Shown here in pieces: positions 23,598 through 31,252 of a stretch of DNA of 35,353 nucleotides. Position 1 is the first letter of the stretch. Each line of letters starts with the position of its first letter. The stretch covers positions 1-35,353 of IMG/VR virus record IMGVR_UViG_3300049215_000478. One strand, written 5' to 3'. Under the pieces are notes generated by a model. That model ran no database searches. It was not told the origin of the DNA and saw only the letters and a program-made list of their open reading frames with translations. This DNA comes from a virus. The translations under genes and the position numbers were made by a program.

Positions 23598-23615
23598 TAC
23601 CCAATGAAGATTTTC

Positions 23616-24350
23616 TTAACCCATTTTATATTGGTTAACTCTTTTCATTATCTCATCTCTTTGTTCTTTTGTTAATACTCTGCGATCGTAATCTCCAAGC
23701 CTAGCAAGAGGAGTATCGGCTGTTTGTGCATCACTGGAAGCAGCAGATCTTGGCTTAACTTTATTTTCTTCTATTTTACGATTTTCTTGGGCATAAACAT
23801 CTTGAGAGCCCATACCATATTTTAAAAAGTCGTATGCCGCATCACAACGATCTGAGATATCTGGATTAGACATAATGGATTTATAAACTGCTGGTTTACT
23901 TTTTTGAAGACGTAACAAATTTTCTTCGTTTACTACTGTATCAAAATCATTATATTTAGCTTTTGCTTTAATTTCAGCAAGCGAAACTTCATAACGATAA
24001 TGCATTTCATCTAACTTTTTTTTGTTTTCATCATTCTGTTTTTTTAAGGCTCTATAATGTTTTTTATAATCTTTGCCTTCAATAAAACTATCGTCACTGA
24101 TTCCAATATCATCATCCTCAATCTGAATCTTTTGAGAAGGTTGGTTTTGATTATACATATTAGACCGCAAGATCTGCTCAAGTTCATTAGCTCTTTTTTC
24201 GGCATCTAATCGTGCACGTTCAGCTGCTTCAGCACGTTCACGCATTGCCCGAAAATTTTGTTCTTTTGCAGATTCTGTTGGTTGTTGTTCTGGTTTTGTT
24301 TCTACTTGTGCTTCTTGGGAATAAGTATTGGTTTCCATTTCATTCAACAT
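23616..24350 (-). CDS. scaffolding-like protein (244 aa)
   Basis: Highly charged, coiled-coil-like sequence (RERAEAAERARLDAEKRANELEQ), positioned upstream of the capsid gene. Confidence 0.55.
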   Translation of the reverse strand: MLNEMETNTYSQEAQVETKPEQQPTESAKEQNFRAMRERAEAAERARLDAEKRANELEQILRSNMYNQNQPSQKIQIEDDDIGISDDSFIEGKDYKKHYRALKKQNDENKKKLDEMHYRYEVSLAEIKAKAKYNDFDTVVNEENLLRLQKSKPAVYKSIMSNPDISDRCDAAYDFLKYGMGSQDVYAQENRKIEENKVKPRSAASSDAQTADTPLARLGDYDRRVLTKEQRDEIMKRVNQYKMG

Positions 24351-24853
24351 TCATTTTCCTTACTTATTTTTATTACTGCATCTACTTTTTCGCCATTTTC
24401 ATGCTTTACCCACTCTAACAGTTCTCCAGATTCCATCAAAATGACGAACTTGGTTAAATCTGAACATTCTTTATCTACTAGATATTTATGTTTATTTCGA
24501 AGTATATGATAATACAAAATTATATCGGGAATCGACCATAAAAATTCTAAATGATCGCTATTATTATGATATTTCCATACACATTGTTTGTAAGTAGGCG
24601 TTGGACAGGATCTTCTGGCAAATATAAGCGTACGTGGCGTATCTCCAAATCTCTCTTTTTTAATAAGCATAACTACATAAAAGTTACGGTTGGTATAAAG
24701 AGGTTTGGTTTTTGCTTCAGTAATGGTGTTATAAATTTTTCGGAGTATATCGGGTTCCATTTCACGTCGGTATTCAATAACATCCGATTCCAATTCTAGG
24801 TTCTTAGATTGATGATCTAAGAGTTGTTGCCCATATGTTTTCTTATCAGTCAT
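24344..24853 (-). CDS. hypothetical head-module protein (169 aa)
   Basis: 7-nt overlap with the scaffold gene; no motif recognised. Confidence 0.6.
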   Translation of the reverse strand: MTDKKTYGQQLLDHQSKNLELESDVIEYRREMEPDILRKIYNTITEAKTKPLYTNRNFYVVMLIKKERFGDTPRTLIFARRSCPTPTYKQCVWKYHNNSDHLEFLWSIPDIILYYHILRNKHKYLVDKECSDLTKFVILMESGELLEWVKHENGEKVDAVIKISKENEC

Positions 24854-24876
24854 TTATTCGTTTCTTTCTAATAAAA

Positions 24877-24896
24877 TCCCCCTACTTATAGGGGGA
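24877..24896 (-). terminator. Rho-independent-like terminator bounding the plus-strand moron
   Basis: On the minus strand, TCCCCCTA-TAAG-TAGGGGGA is followed by TTTTAT. Confidence 0.6.
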
Positions 24897-24991
24897 CTCA
24901 GGAAGAGCAAAGGATTGGTAATGAGTACACACAAATAAACTTTAAATTATCTATTTATTAAATACCTAATTTTTTTTAATAAAATAATTAT

Positions 24992-25020
24992 TTGACTGTT
25001 ATAAAATAAATCTTTAATAT
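24992..25020 (+). promoter_or_regulatory. Sigma70-like promoter of the DapF-like cassette
   Basis: TTGACT (24992..24997), 17 nt spacer, TAATAT (25015..25020). The ATG lies only 8 nt after the -10 and there is no SD. Confidence 0.6.
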
Positions 25021-25028
25021 TAAAGATT

Positions 25029-25895
25029 ATGGCACAACAAGAAAATCTAATTCCATGTTACAAAGCACATGGATGTCAAAACACGTTTATACTTATCGAT
25101 TTATTGGAAAATCCTTATCTTTATAATCCTACTTTTATAGATAAAGTTCATAAAATTTTAATTAAAGAAGAGTGTGATGATGCTTTGATTCTGTTGCCTT
25201 TATTTGTTGATAAAGATAATAGAATCATAATCCAAATGATAGTACTCGAGCCTGATAAATCCATAGCCTTTTTTTGTGGCAATGCTTCCAGGGTTGTAGC
25301 TAAATATCTACATCATAAATGTAACTTTTCTACCAACAAATTTGCACTTCATTCTTTAAGTGGAGACCATGATTTGTTCGTAGATAATGATAATTATGGA
25401 GTAAACATGCTCGCTACTACATTTAATCCTTTTCATAATAGTGTAGTAAACAAAGCATCGGATCATTTTAAGGAACGTAATGGTTTTTTTATCTCTGATT
25501 TTTCAAATGTCAGTTGGTATTTCACTCAAACCTGCGAGCCTCATTTAATTACTTTTTCTGATCTTCCTGTAGAACAGTTCGTTGATATAGGAATCCTTCT
25601 TAATACTCAAAAGAGGGATATATTTCCCAAAGGTATAAATATTAACCATGTAAGAATAATAAATAATTCAACAATTCAAGTTATTACTTACGAACGCGGT
25701 GTTAATCGTATAACTAAAGCTTGTGGAACAGGTGCTACATCCAGTGCAGTTCTTGCATACAGGCTCGGTCTTATATCTTCTTTTGAAGTAAATGTTAGGA
25801 TGCTGGGCGGTAACTTAAAAATAAAATGTGAAGATGACTATTCTCTTATGATTGGATCTGCTGAGATAAATCTTAATAATCCAATATATATATAA
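25029..25895 (+). CDS. diaminopimelate-epimerase-like (DapF-fold) two-cysteine PLP-independent epimerase/racemase
   Basis: YKAHGCQNTFILID (compare KMHG.GNDF..VD), FFCGNASRVVAKYL (Cys83), EPHLITF, VITYERGVNRITKACGTGATSSAV (Cys232). Both catalytic Cys motifs are retained. Confidence 0.8.
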   Translation: MAQQENLIPCYKAHGCQNTFILIDLLENPYLYNPTFIDKVHKILIKEECDDALILLPLFVDKDNRIIIQMIVLEPDKSIAFFCGNASRVVAKYLHHKCNFSTNKFALHSLSGDHDLFVDNDNYGVNMLATTFNPFHNSVVNKASDHFKERNGFFISDFSNVSWYFTQTCEPHLITFSDLPVEQFVDIGILLNTQKRDIFPKGININHVRIINNSTIQVITYERGVNRITKACGTGATSSAVLAYRLGLISSFEVNVRMLGGNLKIKCEDDYSLMIGSAEINLNNPIYI

Positions 25896-25903
25896 GGTAG
25901 ATC

Positions 25904-26866
25904 ATGAAATTACGTTCAATGATAGCAAGTAGCTATATGTTTTTTGCTGCGCTAAATGCAACATATACAGATGTCTCATTCAATTTTTCAAAGTTGAATT
26001 CGGATGCTTATAAACTTGCAATGAGAATGCAAAGAGCTGATAACAAAAAAGAAACAATACAATTTGTTTTTATTCCAATGGCTACAATAACTGCCAATGA
26101 TTCAGATTTTTATGAATACGCTAAATCCATGATAACCAAAAGAAGTCATGAGATCAGTGTTGTAGATATTTGGCCGCTAAATGGACAAGTAACTAAAAAT
26201 ATTGTTAACAGTTTATTCCCTTATTCTAAAACAGATAAAAGTTATCAATCTCTGCAAGATCAGGCAGAAGAAATGATAAATGTTAATGGGACCAGGCTAT
26301 TCGTTCTGGATTTGAAGAATAATAACCGAAAGTATAATGATTACAATCAGATTAAAGAATCTGAAGAGATTGTTCAGAAATTCTTGAGATCGCCTTCCAA
26401 AAGACGTCCTATCCATGACTTTTTAGATAAATACAAAATAGAGTTCTTTATTCGTGAAGGTTTATTGAAATCTAAACTTATAAATGATGTGTTTACCAAT
26501 GTTCAAGCTCAATATTTTGATGGATGTAGCAGTGGAAGAATGCTTCTTTGTGAGCTTTGTGAATTCATTATGAATGGTTTTAAACGTGGATATATTGTAA
26601 GCATGTTATCTCCTAAATATAAAACAATACTTTCATTACATCCTTCTGAATATTTTGCCCATATTTCTAATAAAACTGATTTCAACATGGATTTAACTAA
26701 TATTTTAGATTTGGCAAAAATTAATACTGCATATTCTCCGCTTTACAAAGATTTATATGGAAAAGATGGTTTATATTATAAAACCATTTCTTCTTTTTTT
26801 AGATCAAATCATTATTTCAATGATGTTACTGAGATTTCACGTATAGAAGTTGGAAATATTAATTAA
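25904..26866 (+). CDS. secreted/exported hypothetical protein (320 aa)
   Basis: Signal-like MKLRSMIASSYMFFAALNA; starts 8 nt after the DapF-like stop; very AT-rich. Confidence 0.65.
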   Translation: MKLRSMIASSYMFFAALNATYTDVSFNFSKLNSDAYKLAMRMQRADNKKETIQFVFIPMATITANDSDFYEYAKSMITKRSHEISVVDIWPLNGQVTKNIVNSLFPYSKTDKSYQSLQDQAEEMINVNGTRLFVLDLKNNNRKYNDYNQIKESEEIVQKFLRSPSKRRPIHDFLDKYKIEFFIREGLLKSKLINDVFTNVQAQYFDGCSSGRMLLCELCEFIMNGFKRGYIVSMLSPKYKTILSLHPSEYFAHISNKTDFNMDLTNILDLAKINTAYSPLYKDLYGKDGLYYKTISSFFRSNHYFNDVTEISRIEVGNIN

Positions 26867-26870
26867 ATAA

Positions 26871-26897
26871 TAAGGGCCTCTGTTTAGGAGGCCCTTA
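26871..26897. terminator. Hairpin closing the plus-strand moron (bidirectional position)
   Basis: TAAGGGCCTC-n7-GAGGCCCTTA, a 10-bp GC-rich stem 5 nt after the stop at 26866. Confidence 0.65.
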
Positions 26898-26944
26898 TAT
26901 CAGTATCAGCCAATTTGCAAACAGAAAGAGAATAATAGATATTT

Positions 26945-27058
26945 TTATTTTGGAGTATAGCCACCCCATTCACCTTTATCCCATCCTGGATCTAATTCAC
27001 ATTTAGTGGATGAAATAAAAGAAATAAATAAAAAGATAGCAATAAAGATCTTTTTCAT
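26945..27058 (-). CDS. possible small secreted peptide (37 aa)
   Basis: AGGAAAG upstream of the ATG; MKKIFIAIFLFISFISSTKCELDPGWDKGEWGGYTPK. Short, so weak. Confidence 0.3.
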   Translation of the reverse strand: MKKIFIAIFLFISFISSTKCELDPGWDKGEWGGYTPK

Positions 27059-27140
27059 TTTCTTTCCTTTTCAAAAATTAATATTACAAAAATAATAAGG
27101 CCTACCAATACATATGGTAGTAAATAACCTATTAACGAGT

Positions 27141-27410
27141 TCATTTCTTTTTCTTTTTGGGAACCTTGGCACCAACTTTTCTAGCTTCACTTAAAGCTAT
27201 GGCTACTGCTTGTTTTCTACTTTTAACTTTAGGCCCTTTTTTAGATCCACTATGAAGCTTGCCTTCTTTGTATTCTCTAAGAACCTTTTCAACTTTGGTT
27301 TTGGGTTTGGTTTTTTTCTTTTCAAGTTTCTTTATTTTTTTATGGATACCTGGAGATACTTTTTCTTCCAAGTAATCCTCTTCACGATGAGAAATTTTTC
27401 TTTTAGCCAT
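27141..27410 (-). CDS. Lys-rich basic protein (89 aa)
   Basis: EYKEGKLHSGSKKGPKVKSRKQAVAIALSEARKVGAK resembles a widespread small bacterial/phage protein family; poly-K tail. Confidence 0.65.
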   Translation of the reverse strand: MAKRKISHREEDYLEEKVSPGIHKKIKKLEKKKTKPKTKVEKVLREYKEGKLHSGSKKGPKVKSRKQAVAIALSEARKVGAKVPKKKKK

Positions 27411-27479
27411 GGTAAAACCTTACTTACATTTACCCATGTGGAACTTGCCACATTTACTACATTTTTTCATATTATTCCT

Positions 27480-27800
27480 TTATCTAATTATTGCGTGATG
27501 TTCACGCGCCATTTTACGTTTTTTAAGTTCAGGATATTTTCTATAAACAGCTGATTTTATACCTTCTGGATTAGGTGCATAGTGTGCTCTAGCCAATGCA
27601 TTTCGTGCACGGGCTAGAGTATTTATAGGAAATGAAAATTTGCTAGCACCGCCAGATTTTCCAGCAAATTCTTTAGGACTTACTGTTTTATATTTTCCAG
27701 CAGATGATGATCCTTTATGGGATCTCATTTTAGATTCGGCGCCTTTGGGCACTTTGACACCTTTAGCTACCGTTACTTTCTTAGCCATTACTTTCTCCAA
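27480..27800 (-). CDS. basic protein (106 aa)
   Basis: GGAGAAAG RBS; motif FPINTLARARNALARAHYAPNPEG. Confidence 0.65.
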   Translation of the reverse strand: MEKVMAKKVTVAKGVKVPKGAESKMRSHKGSSSAGKYKTVSPKEFAGKSGGASKFSFPINTLARARNALARAHYAPNPEGIKSAVYRKYPELKKRKMAREHHAIIR

Positions 27801-27815
27801 AAATAAAGGGAAAGG

Positions 27816-27845
27816 GGAGTAGCGGCCTTTCCCTTGACTATTATT
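27816..27845 (-). terminator. Intra-operon terminator/attenuator hairpin
   Basis: On the minus strand, AAGGGAAAGG-n10-CCTTTCCCTT is followed by TATTTTT, then an RBS. Confidence 0.55.
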
Positions 27846-27991
27846 GAGCAGTCGATGAATCCCTAAACCATTCCTTAATCAATTTCTCCGATGGTTTCGG
27901 TTCAGGTTTCTGCCTTTGATCTTTAGGTATGTTTAATATTTTATAAGCTATGTTCATAGCTTGTTTATTAGGTCTAATTGATCCAGGCATA
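27842..27991 (-). CDS. small hypothetical protein (49 aa, below the ORF-track cutoff)
   Basis: AAGGTG RBS; MPGSIRPNKQAMNIAYKILNIPKDQRQKPEPKPSEKLIKEWFRDSSTAQ. Confidence 0.45.
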
Positions 27992-27998
27992 ATACACC

Positions 27999-28364
27999 TT
28001 AGTATTTCTTAGGATTCATTTCACGGCCAAGATCATTATAATCTTCGTGAAGTTGTTTTTGTGAACCGCTAAATAGGTCATCAACCATACCCATATGAGT
28101 ATTGTAAGCTGTTGGCCAATAAGTATCTATTACATGCTGTGGAAGTAATGCTGGTGCTTTGTGATCTTCATGAATCAATGCGTGATCCATAGCCTTTTGT
28201 TTTTTAGATTCTTCGTGTCCAGCGTATTGATCTTTCATTGTTCTCATTCCATGAACAACATTAGGAACTGGAGAATGATGTTTAACTCCACCTCTTTCAT
28301 ATTTTTCCATTCCCATGTGCTCAGAATGACGAGCTTTTTTGGATTGGTGGTATCGTTTTGCCAT
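27999..28364 (-). CDS. His-rich basic protein (121 aa)
   Basis: AAGGAG RBS; 13 His residues; first gene after portal. Confidence 0.65.
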   Translation of the reverse strand: MAKRYHQSKKARHSEHMGMEKYERGGVKHHSPVPNVVHGMRTMKDQYAGHEESKKQKAMDHALIHEDHKAPALLPQHVIDTYWPTAYNTHMGMVDDLFSGSQKQLHEDYNDLGREMNPKKY

Positions 28365-28426
28365 TGTCGGCTCCTTTTGTTAGAAACTGCAAGCCCAATC
28401 GGTCTCGAACTTGCAAGGGTTACCCT

Positions 28427-30466
28427 CTATCTAACCGCTTCAGAACCACTCTGAAAAGGCTGAGGATATATTTTATTCCTACTTGCTTCTTGTGCACTTA
28501 ACATCTGCTTTAAAGACAGGATGGTCTGTAACTGATTCATATCAATGCTCTCTATCTCTTTAATAGCTTTCGCTAGATTCAATAGAGCTAATTGATCGTC
28601 TTTAACAGCAGCTGCTTTGCGTTCTTGAGCTAATGCCCTATTCTCTTCTATTCTACTGTATCGCTCCGCACCTAATCCCTGATCTGCTATTGCTCGAGAT
28701 TGTGCTAGTTGTGTTCTAGCTGCCTGTTCCTGCATGGATACTTGAGCTTGAGCTTGCTGCATTTGTTGTTGTTGTTGTTGTTGTTGTTCTATTTCTTTCA
28801 TGATTCTGGTTTTGTTTTGGATTGTAGATGCTTCAAGGATCGAGGATGCTGGAAGAGGAACTCCAAGTTGTTGGAGTTGAACCATCTGTGCAAACTGCAT
28901 CTGTTTTTGGGACTCGGTATCAAAACCAAGCTCAACCATACAATGATATTTACCAAAAGCCTTATTATAGAACAATGGAGCAGGTTCCTCGCCTTCCAGT
29001 AACGCCTTAATCTTTCCAGGAGTGTAGTTATTCTTAACTACCTTCATTACTAACTCTCCGAGAAGAATACATGAGTTATCAAGCCTATCAAAAAGCGGTT
29101 GCAGGGTTGTGAGTCCTGCGCCTTGTCTGAGAGCTGAAAGGATGCCTGCTTTGTCATCCAAAGCGCTACCCATAAGTTCTTCATTTATACCCGATACAAA
29201 ATTCATTTCTTTTGAGAAAGTATCCTGTAATTGGAAGAAATATTGCGGGATTGAAGGAGGTGCTATCTGCTGGATATCAGTCATAGCCGCAGAATCTTTC
29301 AGGGGGATAATCCTACCCTGTCCCGTCTGGAACAAATGTTTAACATCTATTACTGCCGACTCTTTAAATATCCATCCACTATTAACAACAGATTCTGCGG
29401 CATCAGCTGAAAGTATCACCCGTCGGTTATATAACATCTGTGGGTCACGTAATGAACGACACACCCCTTGAATTCTGCTATAAAAATAAGGAAGCATCGG
29501 ATTATAATAACCGATCACTGGCACGAATGGAAAACAGTCTATGGCTAACGGCTGCATCCCATCATAAAAAACTTTATCTTGAACCATTATCGCAAGTCTA
29601 ACGGTTGGAATATTCTGTTCCATCAAGGTAACTTGGGGATAATGAGCCAAGAACAACTTAATATCTTCATCATCTTGATTCGTGATCTCAAACGTTTCCC
29701 CGCTCACCTTATCTATTAATAATTTTTGCTTACGATATGACCGATAGTAATATTCGTCGTACGCTAAACGATTTTGTTGTGTCTGCCCGTAACTTTCTGC
29801 CATGTACTGAAAACGACCGTCTCGGCCTGTCCCTGTCGGGTTTCCAGGTAGTTTCATTACCTCGTCATAATGATCTGGTAATAAGGCTGCCGCAGCAGTG
29901 TGGGATAAATAACTGCGGCGCCACACAAAGGAACAATCACTAAGATCGGGTTTCTTAAAATAAGGATCAATAAAAAAGGAGGAATAATAACAGTTATCAA
30001 CTTTTATATCGCCATTAACAGGATCGCTTTGATAATCCATGTAAACATGAAGAAGGTTTAAACCTGTGATACATGCGCCTTGGTGAAAGGCATCTGAGAT
30101 AGTATTATAGACACCTTCGCGTTTATAAATACCGAGTAAAATTTTTGTCCATTGATCGGCTGTAGCTTGATCGCCATTCTCAACAGGAACCACGATGGTG
30201 GATTTTCTGTTTCTGCGTTGGTAGCCAGAGATCATATTACAAAGCGGTCTTGTCCTATTAAAGTACCAAGAACCTCTATTATTATTAGGCAGCATTTGAT
30301 TTAGGTCTGCCATTAAAGAAGTGTCTCCGCTTTCAAGACGAGCATCAAGAGTAGCTTCTGTCCAGAATACTTGCCAAATAGCCTGATTAGCTGTGTAATC
30401 AGCATCTATTTTCTTTTTAATCGCTCCATATGAATCAACAAGATATTCAGGCGGCCGCATCAACAT
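28427..30466 (-). CDS. portal protein (679 aa)
   Basis: Size and position downstream of the large terminase; Q-rich coiled C-terminal extension. The call rests on synteny and length. Confidence 0.7.
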   Translation of the reverse strand: MLMRPPEYLVDSYGAIKKKIDADYTANQAIWQVFWTEATLDARLESGDTSLMADLNQMLPNNNRGSWYFNRTRPLCNMISGYQRRNRKSTIVVPVENGDQATADQWTKILLGIYKREGVYNTISDAFHQGACITGLNLLHVYMDYQSDPVNGDIKVDNCYYSSFFIDPYFKKPDLSDCSFVWRRSYLSHTAAAALLPDHYDEVMKLPGNPTGTGRDGRFQYMAESYGQTQQNRLAYDEYYYRSYRKQKLLIDKVSGETFEITNQDDEDIKLFLAHYPQVTLMEQNIPTVRLAIMVQDKVFYDGMQPLAIDCFPFVPVIGYYNPMLPYFYSRIQGVCRSLRDPQMLYNRRVILSADAAESVVNSGWIFKESAVIDVKHLFQTGQGRIIPLKDSAAMTDIQQIAPPSIPQYFFQLQDTFSKEMNFVSGINEELMGSALDDKAGILSALRQGAGLTTLQPLFDRLDNSCILLGELVMKVVKNNYTPGKIKALLEGEEPAPLFYNKAFGKYHCMVELGFDTESQKQMQFAQMVQLQQLGVPLPASSILEASTIQNKTRIMKEIEQQQQQQQQMQQAQAQVSMQEQAARTQLAQSRAIADQGLGAERYSRIEENRALAQERKAAAVKDDQLALLNLAKAIKEIESIDMNQLQTILSLKQMLSAQEASRNKIYPQPFQSGSEAVR
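28763..28786. repeat. (TTG)8 / (CAA)8 trinucleotide microsatellite inside the portal gene
   Basis: Eight perfect TTG units; encodes Q8 within EQQQQQQQQMQQAQAQ. Confidence 0.95.
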
Positions 30467-30486
30467 TACTTAATCCTTTTTATAAA

Positions 30487-30522
30487 CCTGGGTAAGAACG
30501 ATCTAACTCATTTTTACCCAGG
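30487..30522 (-). terminator. Hairpin upstream of portal
   Basis: CCTGGGTAA / TTACCCAGG form a 9-bp stem, followed on the minus strand by TTTATAAAAAGGA (RBS) and the portal ATG. Confidence 0.45.
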
Positions 30523-30576
30523 AGGACTTCTAAATGAATAAAAATATCGAATAAATTTTAGAACTAATTTTGATAT

Positions 30577-30594
30577 GGAAACAAGTTTTATTTA
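30577..30594. repeat. 18-nt direct repeat, copy 1 (GGAAACAAGTTTTATTTA)
   Basis: Identical to 31004..31021. Both copies lie 0-2 nt past a minus-strand stop codon. Confidence 0.9.
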
Positions 30595-30596
30595 AA

Positions 30597-30782
30597 TTAT
30601 TCAGATTTATATCGTTGCATTCTCACCGTTCTACCTGAATTTATCATCTTAAATTTATCAGATGAGAAAAAATTTAAGATGTTAGGAACCTTAATATTTA
30701 AAAGAATTCCACTAAATCTAAAGGGATAGAATTCCTTTACCCATTTACGGCTCACCTTAATAAAACGTTGGCGCCTAGTCAT
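30597..30782 (-). CDS. small basic hypothetical protein (61 aa)
   Basis: 8-nt overlap with the upstream gene. Confidence 0.5.
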   Translation of the reverse strand: MTRRQRFIKVSRKWVKEFYPFRFSGILLNIKVPNILNFFSSDKFKMINSGRTVRMQRYKSE

Positions 30783-30984
30783 GCTTTTCCATTTTCTCTA
30801 AAATCCATTTAAACATTTCTACACAACAAGAAATACAAATAACAAATTCTTGATTTGGAGAATTTGGAACATAGATAAAAAAATTGTCATCTAATGGTAT
30901 TTCCTGTTCAATAACTTTGTCATTCCATTGGAATATCATTTGATGATGCTTCTTATCAATTTTACATTTATAACATACAGCCAT
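30775..30984 (-). CDS. zinc-ribbon-like small protein (69 aa)
   Basis: CYKC ... CISCC cysteine pairs. Confidence 0.55.
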   Translation of the reverse strand: MAVCYKCKIDKKHHQMIFQWNDKVIEQEIPLDDNFFIYVPNSPNQEFVICISCCVEMFKWILEKMEKHD

Positions 30985-31003
30985 TTTTTACCTACTTAAT
31001 CGC

Positions 31004-31021
31004 GGAAACAAGTTTTATTTA
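31004..31021. repeat. 18-nt direct repeat, copy 2 (GGAAACAAGTTTTATTTA)
   Basis: Identical to 30577..30594. Confidence 0.9.
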
Positions 31022-31252
31022 TTAAATTGATCCATCTTTAATTTCATGGCCCTGATAAGTTAATTCTGAATTATTACAAGCTTCTATGAATCCATTAATA
31101 AATTCTGTAGTTATCATGGATTCATCTTCTGTACTTTCTATATAAGAAAAAGTGGGAAAATATCCAAGAGTCCAATAATCTATTGCATATTCAGGACAAC
31201 GAGGTCTAAATATTATATTATTATTATCTATATCTATCATATCTTGGATCAT
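31022..31252 (-). CDS. hypothetical protein (about 76 aa; start uncertain, 31252 or 31240)
   Basis: The track ORF begins 92 nt inside terL; internal ATGs near the terL stop are more plausible. Confidence 0.5.
   Translation of the reverse strand: MIQDMIDIDNNNIIFRPRCPEYAIDYWTLGYFPTFSYIESTEDESMITTEFINGFIEACNNSELTYQGHEIKDGSI

Noticed and set aside
27210-27554. Plus-strand ORFs 27210..27554, 27640..27822 and 28161..28454, antisense to the small basic protein genes
   Set aside because: Their Phe/Leu-rich translations are typical of the antisense of Lys-rich genes, and they have no RBS. The minus-strand genes have strong RBSs.
28380-28425. tRNA-like TTCGAGACC motif downstream of the portal stop
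   Set aside because: Only a single hairpin (TTGCAAG-n16-CTTGCAG) can be drawn. There is no acceptor, D or anticodon arm, so it is not a tRNA. It is probably an intergenic stem-loop.
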